A program made the position numbers and the translations under genes. A stretch of DNA of 64,000 bases from Octopus bimaculoides. Lineage: Eukaryota. The notes under the pieces were generated by a model. It was not told the DNA's origin, searched no databases, and saw only the letters and a program-made list of their open reading frames with translations. Shown piece after piece: positions 51,814 to 62,906 of this stretch; positions within the stretch are counted from its first letter, which is position 1, and the number at the start of each line of letters is the position of its first letter. The DNA is taken from contig NC_068998.1 of the NCBI RefSeq assembly GCF_001194135.2, forward strand, positions 34,490,041 to 34,554,040, written 5' to 3'.

Positions 51814-53028
51814 TACTCACAAATAAAGTTTGCGTGATAGTGCGTGAGTTGAGAGTGTTTGTAAAAGAAAATAATTAATTGAAAGGCGTTCTAAATATTC
51901 CAATTATTTTGTTAAATAAACCAATCGTTAATGCAATATATTTTATAATTCCTCCAATCGGAAATAGACAATGGCTATACACAAAATTTCTTGAAATATC
52001 NNNNNNNNNNNNNNNNNNNNNNNNNNNNNNNNNNNNNNNNNNNNNNNNNNNNNNNNNNNNNNNNNNNNNNNNNNNNNNNNNNNNNNNNNNNNNNNNNNNN
52101 NNNNNNNNNNNNNNNNNNNNNNNNNNNNNNNNNNNNNNNNNNNNNNNNNNNNNNNNNNNNNNNNNNNNNNNNNNNNNNNNNNNNNNNNNNNNNNNNNNNN
52201 NNNNNNNNNNNNNNNNNNNNNNNNNNNNNNNNNNNNNNNNNNNNNNNNNNNNNNNNNNNNNNNNNNNNNNNNNNNNNNNNNNNNNNNNNNNNNNNNNNNN
52301 NNNNNNNNNNNNNNNNNNNNNNNNNNNNNNNNNNNNNNNNNNNNNNNNNNNNNNNNNNNNNNNNNNNNNNNNNNNNNNNNNNNNNNNNNNNNNNNNNNNN
52401 NNNNNNNNNNNNNNNNNNNNNNNNNNNNNNNNNNNNNNNNNNNNNNNNNNNNNNNNNNNNNNNNNNNNNNNNNNNNNNNNNNNNNNNNNNNNNNNNNNNN
52501 NNNNNNNNNNNNNNNNNNNNNNNNNNNNNNNNNNNNNNNNNNNNNNNNNNNNNNNNNNNNNNNNNNNNNNNNNNNNNNNNNNNNNNNNNNNNNNNNNNNN
52601 NNNNNNNNNNNNNNNNNNNNNNNNNNNNNNNNNNNNNNNNNNNNNNNNNNNNNNNNNNNNNNNNNNNNNNNNNNNNNNNNNNNNNNNNNNNNNNNNNNNN
52701 NNNNNNNNNNNNNNNNNNNNNNNNNNNNNNNNNNNNNNNNNNNNNNNNNNNNNNNNNNNNNNNNNNNNNNNNNNNNNNNNNNNNNNNNNNNNNNNNNNNN
52801 NNNNNNNNNNNNNNNNNNNNNNNNNNNNNNNNNNNNNNNNNNNNNNNNNNNNNNNNNNNNNNNNNNNNNNNNNNNNNNNNNNNNNNNNNNNNNNNNNNNN
52901 NNNNNNNNNAATTTTATATATATATAAAATCTTATTTCTACATGTGTATATTGATATATATCTATCTTATTTATTTATGTGTGTGTGTGTATATATGTAT
53001 GTATGTGTGGTGGTTGTGGTGGTGGTGG

Positions 53029-53085
<57 letters not shown>

Positions 53086-53545
53086 GGTAGAAGAATGTAT
53101 ATAGCCAGCCAAATGCCAGAAACGTGAGTGTGGAGAAGAAAAAGTCATATGAATGCTTGTGACATGGCGGGTGCCAAAATGTCTGGCAGAAACCATTCTT
53201 CTCATTTTGTGAATCTATCCCTGGCACTGAAGACAGACAGAGAATATAAATGATGTTAATTATTTTACTAATATTGGCATTACATATCCTCTTGCATCTT
53301 TACAGAAGTGTGTGTGTTTTCAGCTTGTTTTGGTATTTTTGTTTGCATGTATGTGTTGGTTGTTTAGTGTTTGTGCATGCATACAGATGAACATGCCTGT
53401 GTCACTATACGCATGCTTGTCTAAGTATATCTTCTATTGTATGCTCACAGACGGACACACATACATATATGTACTTGGAAATACACACACACACGTGCAT
53501 GCACACAGACTCACACACACACACACACCGATGCACACACAGATG

Positions 53546-53589
<44 letters not shown>

Positions 53590-54439
53590 GAGGAGTTTAC
53601 TGTGATTTCAAGTTTAGGTTCTTGAATTATTTGAACAAAGCCATAAGAGGCAAAGTATGAACTCCCATTCAACTCCTACATACAACACCCACCTCTTTTT
53701 CCTGAATGATTTCCTTCTCAATTCCTCTAAGTAAATCTATTTCCTCCAACAATCTCCAAACTTTTCCAAATCACTAACACTGTTTTCCCATAATTCTTCC
53801 TGCATCAAGAACATCTAGCTCTTTCTGAATTAATCATCCACCATGACTTCAATGCTCACATTTATCCCATACTGATGGGATACTATTCAGCAACCAGATA
53901 GTTTACATTCTTCAACTCCCTCCGATGATTGAGTTTGTCCCCTATTTACATCTCTGATGAACAAACTTCAAATAACATTCATCTCTTTATTGCCCCTAAA
54001 CCTATCCTGTATGAAATTATAATTGTCTCTGAACATTGCTTTAGCATGACTTCTCACATCCACATTCCATATAACCTCCCTCATCTCCTAGGGTCCCCAG
54101 GCTACATCAAGTCTCTTAGGTGGTCGGGGATCTGAAAGCTCTATATTTTTGGTGATACATATGCTTCACCTCTGACCCTTCAGACAAAGCTATATATATG
54201 ATGTCATCGTTTTAAAGTCTCTGCACTGCCCAGATGCAACCAAAACTCACAGCCTTAAGTGGTTCATTCATAGCTGTGTTGCAGCAGTTCAAGCAAAGAG
54301 CATAAACTGCATGCTAAGAGAAAAGTTCATCTTTCATTACTGACTCCATCCAAAACGCAGTGTATATTTCCTAAGCATTCTTGTCCCATCAGATGCAGCC
54401 ATTCCTTTTAGTTTCTTTTCAAACTGATTTCTAACATTG

Positions 54440-55380
54440 TTGAATTCACTTTTTGTCTACTTCTCAAACAAACTGGAACTTCGTCAATTACAATGACATT
54501 GCTTCCAGCATTGATGACTCAGAGAGTATCTTAGTTTTTTCCTCAGAAAAAGGCCTGGATGATATAGAAAGCTCAGAAAATTGGGCCTGTGATGGGACTT
54601 TTAAGGTGTCTCTTAGTTTGTGGTGTCAGCTTTTCACACTACATATCACCATTGGAGGATCATGTGTACCCAGGCCATTTGTCTGACTTCCTGACCAAAA
54701 AAGAAGCCTCATGTCATCGGGTTCTGTCTGCCGTGTAAGATTTAGGGGCAAATTGTAGGCCTGTGACCTGTCTCATGGATTTTGAAAAAGCTCTCCATAA
54801 TTCATTTAGAACAGTCTATTTGGTAGAAGATATGTACACTTGGTAGGAGTAGACGATACAACATGGACGAAAGTTTTCAGCTTAAAATTAAGTGTTTTTA
54901 TGCTTTAGCATTTTTACCTATTGAAGACATTATCAATGGATTTGAAAATTTGCCTGAAGATGAAAGCATCTCTTCTGAGTTTATCACTTATTTTGAGAGT
55001 GCATACATTGGGACTGTAAGGGGGTGTGGTCTTCGTCGATGAAGAGAAACCCCACAGTTTCGTATCCAACTCTGAAATATAAGCGATTGCATTCTAAATG
55101 ACTTGCCAAGAGCAAATGATTTGGTAGAAAGGTTCCACAATGCTTTGTGGTCATCGATAATATCCACACATCCAAATTTGTGGAAACTTTGCAATGCCCT
55201 TAAGACTGAAGAAGGCTTAAGACAGAAGAAAATTGTGCACATTTGATTTGGGTACTCGACAACAAAAGAAAAAAAAAGTCCTATCAAATGATTGATGCAT
55301 GACTAAAGAAGCTAGCTGAGAATTATCAGTCTGAAAATGCTCTGTAATTTTAAAGAAATATCGCATGCAATTTATCGTAA
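54440..55380 (+). pseudogene. Mutator-like (MULE) DDE transposase remnant
   Basis: ILVFSSEKGL..WACDGTFKV...QLFTLH..VP..LPDQK...LMDFEKALHNSF..ALAFLP..FITYFESAYIG..LPRANDLVERFHN..HPNLWK: MULE DGTF / DFE / E catalytic motifs, with stops and frameshifts. Confidence 0.9.
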
Positions 55381-55497
55381 AGGAATTTTCTAAAATATAT
55401 TAAACATTTTATCATAGCTTTATTTTTATGTTCTCGCTGTCATTTTTATCTTAATGTGTGAATAAAATGTGATCTAAGATGCATTCATATTTCCTAG

Positions 55498-55564
55498 AGT
55501 GAAATTTACCACAGTGGAATTTACCACAGTGGAATTTACCTTAGTGGAATTTACCTTAGTGGAA
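55498..55564. repeat. 4.5 x 15-bp tandem repeat (agtggaatttaccac/tt), probable MULE subterminal repeat
   Basis: Directly visible immediately downstream of the transposase remnant; assignment to the MULE end is inferred. Confidence 0.8.
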
Positions 55565-55686
55565 GCTGATAAGTTCCTGGCTTTAAGGGTATCGTGAAAG
55601 GCTTCGTTGGAGGCCCAACCTTCCAAGTTCTTTTACAGGGCTTAGAAAAACGGAAGGCCTGCTGCAATAAGTGAGTGAATCTGAGT

Positions 55687-58653
55687 ATCAACATCATCAT
55701 CATCATCATCGTCCTTTAATGTCCATTGTTCATGTTGGACGGTTTGACCAGGCCTGGTAAGCTGGAAGACTGCACCAGACTCCAGTCTTATTTGGCACGG
55801 TTTTCTACAGCCGGATGCCCTTCCTAACACCAACCACTCCAGGAGTATAATGGGTGCTTTTATGTGCCACTGACACAGGTGCTATTTGCATGATACCAGT
55901 ATCTGCCATGACTGTGATTTTGCTCAGCTTCATGGGTCTTCTTCTCAGCATGACATAATTTTAAAGGTCTTGGTCATTGCCTCTGTGGGGCCCAACACTC
56001 AAAAGGAACTCAGTCACTTTACCTCCATGTGGCCCAATGCTCAAACAGTGCTCTTTACATGCCACCAACATGGGCACCAGTTATGTGATGCCAACATCAG
56101 CCATGACTACAATATCACTTGGCTTGATGGGTCTTCTCGAGCACAGTATGTCACCAAAGGTCTTGGTCACTAGTCGTTGCCTCTGTTAGGCTCAAAGTTT
56201 GAAGATCATGCTTCACCACTTCATCCCATGTCATCCTTTGTGAACCACCTGATTTAAAATACGGGTGACTAGACTATAACCCACACCACCAGATATTTTA
56301 AGCATCTCAGTGGTGATCCCTGATGGACCAGGGGCTTTCCCTGTCTTCAATTCCTTAATTGCTTTATCTACCAAGGCACTGTTCATTCGAGTAGCTGGTC
56401 CCTCAATTGGTTCAACATTTGGCAGACTCTCCTCCTCCCATTCATTCTCTACTTTCAGCAGTCTTTCATAATGGCATTTCCAAGCCTCTTTCTTTGCAGA
56501 ATCATTAAATGCAAGTGCACCATCATCCATGTGGACACATTTCTCTCTTATGACATCACAATTTTCTCTCACACACTGTCTTGCAATCTGAAACATTTCA
56601 GTTCTTTGATCCTCACATCTCCGAACATAGTCAAACTTCTTTTTTGATTTTCCCTTGGCTAGATATACCAGTTTCCTAGCTTCCCTTCTGGTTGTCTGAC
56701 ACATTTCTCAGCTATCTCCACTCTTCCAGTTCTTCCAGGTCCATTTCTTTTCTCTAATGGCTCTGTCTACCACATTGCTCCACCACCACATCACCCTATG
56801 TCTGGATGGGACTTCACACCACCCACAGATTTGGTCTGTGGTACTCATCAAGCTATCCTGCAGGAATTCCAGTTGCCCTCTATGTCACAAGTTTGTAGCT
56901 CTCTTCTCTCTCATCAAATTTCTCAATTAGGATGTCCCTAAATCTCTGAGCATATGAAGGGTCCTTAAGCTTCCAAATCCTTCTTTTCCAGAGAGGTCTG
57001 CTTTTTGGCAACCATCTGGCCAGGAGTCTAAAATCACTAACAACTAGTTTATACTGGGCGATACATTCTTCACCAGGGAGGGTCTTTGTATTTAAGAACA
57101 ACCACGCATCCCACTTCCTGGTGAGAATGTAATTGATCTGGCTAGCATAGTCACCTGATTGGTGGGTTATAAGGTGGGTGGTCAGCTTCCTGAAGTTGGT
57201 GTTGCAGATCAATAGGTTATTTGCATCACAGAACTCCTGTAGCCTTGTTCCTTCATTGTTTAATGATCCAATTCTATGGCCCCCATGTACACCATGGAAA
57301 ATACCGGGCTGCCATCTGATATGCCCATTGAAGTCCCCAGCCATGAAGATGAGATCCTTGTCATTCGTCTTTGAGGTAGCCTGCAGGTGAATATCATAAA
57401 AATGGTCTTTCTGTTCATTTTGTAGGCTTGTTGGGGTATAGGCCAAGATAATTGATGCTATGCTATTCTGCAAGACTAGCCTGAGCTTAAGCACTTTATC
57501 ACTCACTCTGACTACCTTTATGACCTTATCCACCCAACAAGTATGCCCACACCACTTACCCCATCACTGTTACCTTCCCAGAAGATTTTATACCTTGCCT
57601 GTGAGGAACGTGCGGAGAGGGAGCATGCGAAACGGCTACCACATCCAAGGAAGGCAGCAGGCGCGCAAATTACCCACTCCCGGCACGGGGAGGTAGTGAC
57701 GAAAAATAACGACGCGGGACTCTGTCGAGGCCCCGCGATCGGAATGAGTACACTTCAAATCCGTTAACGAGGATCGACCGGAGGGCAAGTCTGGTGCCAG
57801 CAGTCGCGGTAATTCCAGCTCCGGTAGCGTATATTAAAATTGTTGCGTTTGAAAAGCTCGTAGTCGGAATTCGGGTCTCGAAAACGTGCCCCAGCACGTT
57901 CGGGGCNNNNNNNNNNNNNNNNNNNNNNNNNNNNNNNNNNNNNNNNNNNNNNNNNNNNNNNNNNNNNNNNNNNNNNNNNNNNNNNNNNNNNNNNNNNNNN
58001 NNNNNNNNNNNNNNNNNNNNNNNNNNNNNNNNNNNNNNNNNNNNNNNNNNNNNNNNNNNNNNNNNNNNNNNNNNNNNNNNNNNNNNNNNNNNNNNNNNNN
58101 NNNNNNNNNNNNNNNNNNNNNNNNNNNNNNNNNNNNNNNNNNNNNNNNNNNNNNNNNNNNNNNNNNNNNNNNNNNNNNNNNNNNNNNNNNNNNNNNNNNN
58201 NNNNNNNNNNNNNNNNNNNNNNNNNNNNNNNNNNNNNNNNNTGCGGCGGTTCGCGGTGTTCGGGGGAAACAAACGGGGGTCGAGCGTCGCCCGGGGCATC
58301 GCCGCTCGCACGCGTTTCGGTAGCGCGTCCACCTCCCGGTCGTTTCGGCCCGCACGGTTCCTCCGAGGGTGCTCTTCGCCGAGTGTCCGAGGCGGCCGGT
58401 ACGTTCACTGTGAAAAAATTAGAGTGCTCAGAGCGAGCCCCGCCGGCTTGCATACGAAAAGCATGGAATGATGGAAAATGGCCTCGTCCGCGCGTCATCC
58501 GTCGGTCTCCGTTCACGACGAGGCAATGATCGAAGGGAGCGATCGGGGCCACTCTTGGATGCAGCATACATCAACATGCCTCTGTTCAAGCAGCTCAACA
58601 ATCTCGTTAGACCTACTTTTCAATGTGCCTAGATTAACAGTGCCTACATTGAC
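55687..58653 (-). mobile_element. RTE-clade LINE with AP endonuclease, internally deleted RT and (GAT)n tail; interrupted by an 18S fragment
   Basis: NVGT..LKSRSNEIVELLEQRHVDVCCIQE (58551-58653) | FLTGKARYKIFW..DKVIKVVRVSDK..AGDFNGHI..LICNTNFRK..SQINYIL (ORF 56880..57533) | KAPGPSGITTEMLK (ORF 56231..56704) | TWDEVVKHDL..LEKT..K* and 3' UTR. Confidence 0.93.
57613..58550 (+). rRNA. 18S: 18S rRNA gene fragment (pseudogenic; spans the region around V3 to past V4; N-gap 57907-58241)
   Basis: Universal SSU motifs cggagagggagc..aaacggctaccacatccaaggaaggcagcaggcgcgcaaattaccc, gtgccagcag(t)cgcggtaattccagc and gaaaaaattagagtgctca. GC-rich expanded V4 as in cephalopods. Truncated at both ends. Confidence 0.95.
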
Positions 58654-58809
58654 AATATGCTACATAAAATCATAATTAACTGGTCCCCCTGCACTTTCTT
58701 TTACATAATGCCTGGAACGTTTCAGTACCCCCTTGTATTTAACATAGCAAAGTCTAAAGCCAAAGTCTAGCCCTCTTTAATTCTTAATACCCTGCCAGGT
58801 TCAGATTTT

Positions 58810-59457
58810 GGCCACAATGGAGTGCTATCAACCAACACATCTGATATATTGCATTCACAGACAGTCCTCTGGTTGAATGACACGAAGTCACTCACAAACA
58901 CACTCTAACCTCTGACCCATAAGTACAGTGTTGCCACTCTTTGATTTTCCTACACTACAACAATGTGCACAACTACAGTGGACCAAGCTTCTTGAAGGTG
59001 ACCCTTCTTGTACCACTTCTACTCAAGTACTCACCACTCACTTATCTTTCCCTTTCTCATTGTATTGTTTTACCCCTCCAAACCTCATAGTAATCCTTAC
59101 AACCAGTCCTTTATTTCTCACAACTTTGGCCTTCTGAAATTTCTTCTCTTCACATGTGTTTCCTGCAACCATCAACTTGTGACTCTTATAGAGGAACATT
59201 AACCTCATTAGTCTCACCAGGGGTATAAACCCTTTCCCTCAGGGGAGATCTTTCCTGTAACAGTTCCATTCCTCTCATCTAGATTCACTACTCTGTACAT
59301 CAAACTGAATTCTTCTCAGCCACAATGGCCACAATGGAGTGCTATCAACACATCTGATATATTGCATTCACAGACAGTCCTCTGACTGATTAACACAAAG
59401 TCACTCACAAACACACTTTAACCTCTAACCCATAGGCAGAGTGTTGTTACTCTTTGA
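58810..59457 (+). repeat. ~135-bp direct repeat pair (58810-58944; 59327-59457), second copy TSD-flanked
   Basis: Both read ggccacaatggagtgctatcaac..ctgatatattgcattcacagacagtcctctg..actctttga; GAATTCTTCTCA at 59307-59318 and 59458-59469. Confidence 0.9.
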
Positions 59458-60796
59458 GAATTCTTCTCAACAGTGACTTAAATGTTTGTTATTTCCAAGT
59501 TTTGTATAGTTTTTCAGAATTATTCTTGTTATAGTATTTATATTGAAACCTTCACTATTAGTTTATAATGTGCGTTTGTGTGTCGGTATGTACGTGTGTG
59601 TGTGTATGTATGTATGTGTGTCTGTGTATGTGTGTGCACACGCGCGTGCAGCCTTTTATTTATTTTTCTTCATAATTTTACAAATAAATAACTAACTATA
59701 TGATGGAAATCAGTCCTTATATATTATTATTATTGATAAAGATAACTCTTTCCGAGCACAAAATTATATATGCATATGTGTGTGTGTGAGATTGTACACA
59801 TGTATAAATGTATACATGTATGCATATATATATATGTGTGTATGACTATCTGTATGTGTGTTTGTGTGTGCGTGTGTATTTTCAGAGATGTCAAAGGTCT
59901 ACATTCTCCTCGTCAGACAAAGAAATGGAGATGTGTGCAGATAAAGTAAGATATATCAGCTTACAAGCTATGCATGTTATACAAAATATGCATGAACATG
60001 CAGTAATGTATTCAAATTGATAGATATTTAGTGCCTCTGTCTCAGTATATTCATATTTTAGTGCATTCATGTATATTTATAAACATACACTTGTGTGTAT
60101 ATGTGTGCGTGCATATTTTGTACAACAGGCATGTTGTGCATGTACAATTGGCATGTTGATACATGTCACTTTATCTCTGGACATGTCTTTATTTATTTCT
60201 GCTTGTTAAAGGAAGGAAAAATAGATCTTTGACATCACTGGAAGCACACACACACACACACACATGTTTACACTCACTGTCAAGGTACTTTCGATAACTT
60301 TTATCACTCACAGTTTTTAACCCATTGAATATATACATATATACGGCTATACTGTAAAATTGATATACTAATTTTTCTAGAGTGTGTTTTGCATGCACAC
60401 ATCAGTTTTTATCTTTTTTATTTCATCTTTTCGCTCTTCCTTTGAGATTCTTCAGTCAATAAAATATTCAAAGACTATTGGAGAAGTAAATCATTGCACA
60501 AATCTTCAAGGTGTATAGAAACAATAGAAAAAGTAATAATTCCCACTGCCCCCTGTTATTTCATAACATATTTGGTTATTTCCTCTTTCGTATTAAATTT
60601 ACAATAAATTCTTACTTTGTACCACCTGCTCCACACTTCCTGAACTAACAAAATTGATCAGATTTCTTAGGCCAAAGTAATTAAATTAACTAAACTGACC
60701 ACTGATATGTTGCCTTTGTTTTCTTTCTATTTACAATTTTTATTTCTGTTTTTGTATATTCAAATTTATATATTGTTTTCTTTTGTTTTGTTACAG

Positions 60797-60884
60797 TAGA
60801 GATCATTCTGGAAATGATTGGATGACCATTGTTGCTTTTCTCAGTACTTTGATCTCTAAGCACTTTAAATGAATAGATTTAGAT
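60797..60884 (+). other. Possible non-coding (5' UTR or lncRNA) exon
   Basis: Strong acceptor ttttgttttgttacag| and donor |gtaagt; all three frames contain stops. Confidence 0.3.
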
Positions 60885-62036
60885 GTAAGTGATGTTTGAT
60901 AATTTATTGGATCAGAGGGATGCCACTGAACAAATCATCTACAAATGATGGGGCCAGGAAGGATACACTGCTGTTTCCATTGATACATTGAAAGATTTCA
61001 GTTTAGCGCTGCAAAGTTGCAAAATAGTTGCTATTCTTTCAGTTCTCTTTTGAATAACAAGTTGGTAGATATGTTAAAGAATGAGTGATGACTGGATGGA
61101 AGAGTGCCAGGGATGCCTGCTGCATAGAAACTTAGCAGCAAAATGGACGATGACATACCTGATGTTATGAGACCAGAAATGTAAATTACCTTACATACAC
61201 ATATGCCATAACAATACACAAGTCACGGTAGTACATAAGTCTCACCCTCTTTGTGTTTATAATATTGTGACTTTTGCTGTTGACTAATACATAAACTGCA
61301 TGTTGCTTTTCATAAATACTGTTTGCATCTTCACTAGAAATTGGGATTATTTCAGCTAAACAAAACATTTAGTTGAAATAATCACAAGCATTGTCAATGC
61401 AGTCAAGCAAAGTTCCAGAGCCAAACATATGGTAGCTATATTTTTCTATAGTCTACAGACCAACTTAAACTTTTAAACCATCACTTTTGACTGGCAGACA
61501 GATTATGCAACATTATTTGATTAAGATTACTATTGGAGGATGGAGAACTGTAACTATATGTTTTCAATATCTGAAGGTTATTTTTGTTTTTGTACAAGAT
61601 ATCACCTACGTATGTTCATTTATACCACTGATATTCATATGCACACATGCTTTGCATAACAGTGCAAGAATGTGTGTGTGTGTGTGCATTTGTGTGTATG
61701 CATGTGCATGTGTGAGTGTGTGTGTGCATGTACGATGTGTTTGTCAATATGTGTGTGTTACTGCATGCTGCAAATTTGAAGCCCAAAGCAAAGTCTGAGT
61801 AGAAATGTCACAAGCAGTTTATTGTACCCAAAGAAAAGACTGCTACTTGTCTATGAGTATACATGACAATTGAAACTGCATTTTTCGTAATGAGAAATCA
61901 TTATCTAAATATCTAAGATATAACAACCAAAATCATCTTACCTTGGCAAACAACTAAGATTACATTATCTTTTACATTTAGCCTTTTTTAGATTGCAGTG
62001 TGTGATTTGAACATAGTTACTTGCTATTTCTAACAG

Positions 62037-62082
62037 TTGAACAACAACATGGAGGATCACTTATTAGCTTGAGACCCTGGAA
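62037..62082 (+). CDS. Possible 46-nt exon (xEQQHGGSLISLRPW)
   Basis: Acceptor cttgctatttctaacag| and donor |gtaaga; only one open frame. Confidence 0.25.
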
Positions 62083-62602
62083 GTAAGATTCATAGGTGTT
62101 CACTCTTCAATTTCAATTTTATTGGGCTTTTATAAAATAAACTAGCATTGATTTCATGTGACTACATTGATCCTCTTAAAAACTTTGGCCTAGTGATTAG
62201 TGAAAATAAGTCATCATCATCGACATCATCATCGTCATCATCCTTATCATTTTGTTCCTAATTTTGCTTTTCCTTGTTGGTGTGGGTCAGACAAATCTTA
62301 TTCAAGCAGTATTAGTTATAGCTAACAGCCCTTCGTTTTGCCCACTTTTACCTGTTTTTCAAGTAAGGTATATTTATTTCACTGGTTTTCATACAATAAA
62401 ACTAATGCAGTTGCAAGACATTGTTCATAAAGGAAATATCTGCAAATTTCACAACTTGTAACATAATGGTTTTTCATGCAAAGCATACAGAATGTAAACA
62501 TTCACACAGATGCATGCATGCATGTCTGACCACTAACATACAATCCATGCATACATTTGTTTATGTTTTTCTGATGTCAAAAATGATAATGTACAACTGA
62601 GC

Positions 62603-62651
<49 letters not shown>

Positions 62652-62681
62652 TTTATTTAAAAGCAGCAGAAATATAACAAA

Positions 62682-62727
62682 AAAACGGTTACTCTGAGTT
62701 TCACGTTCCCGTTCATCGGACAGTTTT
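62682..62727 (-). ncRNA. Candidate minimal type-I hammerhead ribozyme (U4C core variant) in a Penelope pLTR-like end
   Basis: Minus strand: aaaacugu-CCGAUGA-ACG-GGAA-CGU-GAA-ACUC-a-GAGU-A-accguuuu. Stem I has 7/8 pairs, stem II closes a GNRA loop, stem III is quasi-palindromic, the triplet is GUA, and AATAAA lies ~25 nt downstream. Confidence 0.7.
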
Positions 62728-62796
62728 GTTAGAAATGGAGAAAGAATAACAATGCAATCGAAAGTAATATAAAATTTAAAACACATGGATTCGTTT

Positions 62797-62906
62797 GATT
62801 GGTCGTTTCAAATAACGGTCATGGATTGGTCGTTTCAAATAACGGTCATGGATTGGTCATTTCAAATAACGGTCATGGATTGGTCATTTCAAATAACGGT
62901 CATGGA
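62797..62906. repeat. 4 x 27-bp tandem repeat (tggattggtc[g/a]tttcaaataacggtca)
   Basis: Directly visible; near-identical units, each with an ATTGG (reverse CCAAT). Confidence 0.95.

Larger units (their letters stand above)
55565..58735 (+). mobile_element. Mariner-derived MITE split into two parts (55565-55685 and 58654-58735) by the RTE insertion
   Basis: Left gctgataagttcctggc is an imperfect inverted repeat of right gcctggaacgtttcagt..ccccttg|TA. The joined halves encode a mariner-like C-terminus LQGLEKRKACCNK*VNL..EYAT*. Confidence 0.7.

Noticed and set aside
57613-58550. Functional rDNA unit or contaminant contig
   Set aside because: It is truncated on both sides, lacks ITS/28S, is embedded in a host LINE with contiguous junctions, and has a mutation in a universal motif.
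62797-62906. 27-bp and 15-bp (55498-55564) repeat arrays as possible CRISPR
   Set aside because: Units are directly adjacent with no unique spacers, the context is eukaryotic, and there are no cas genes.
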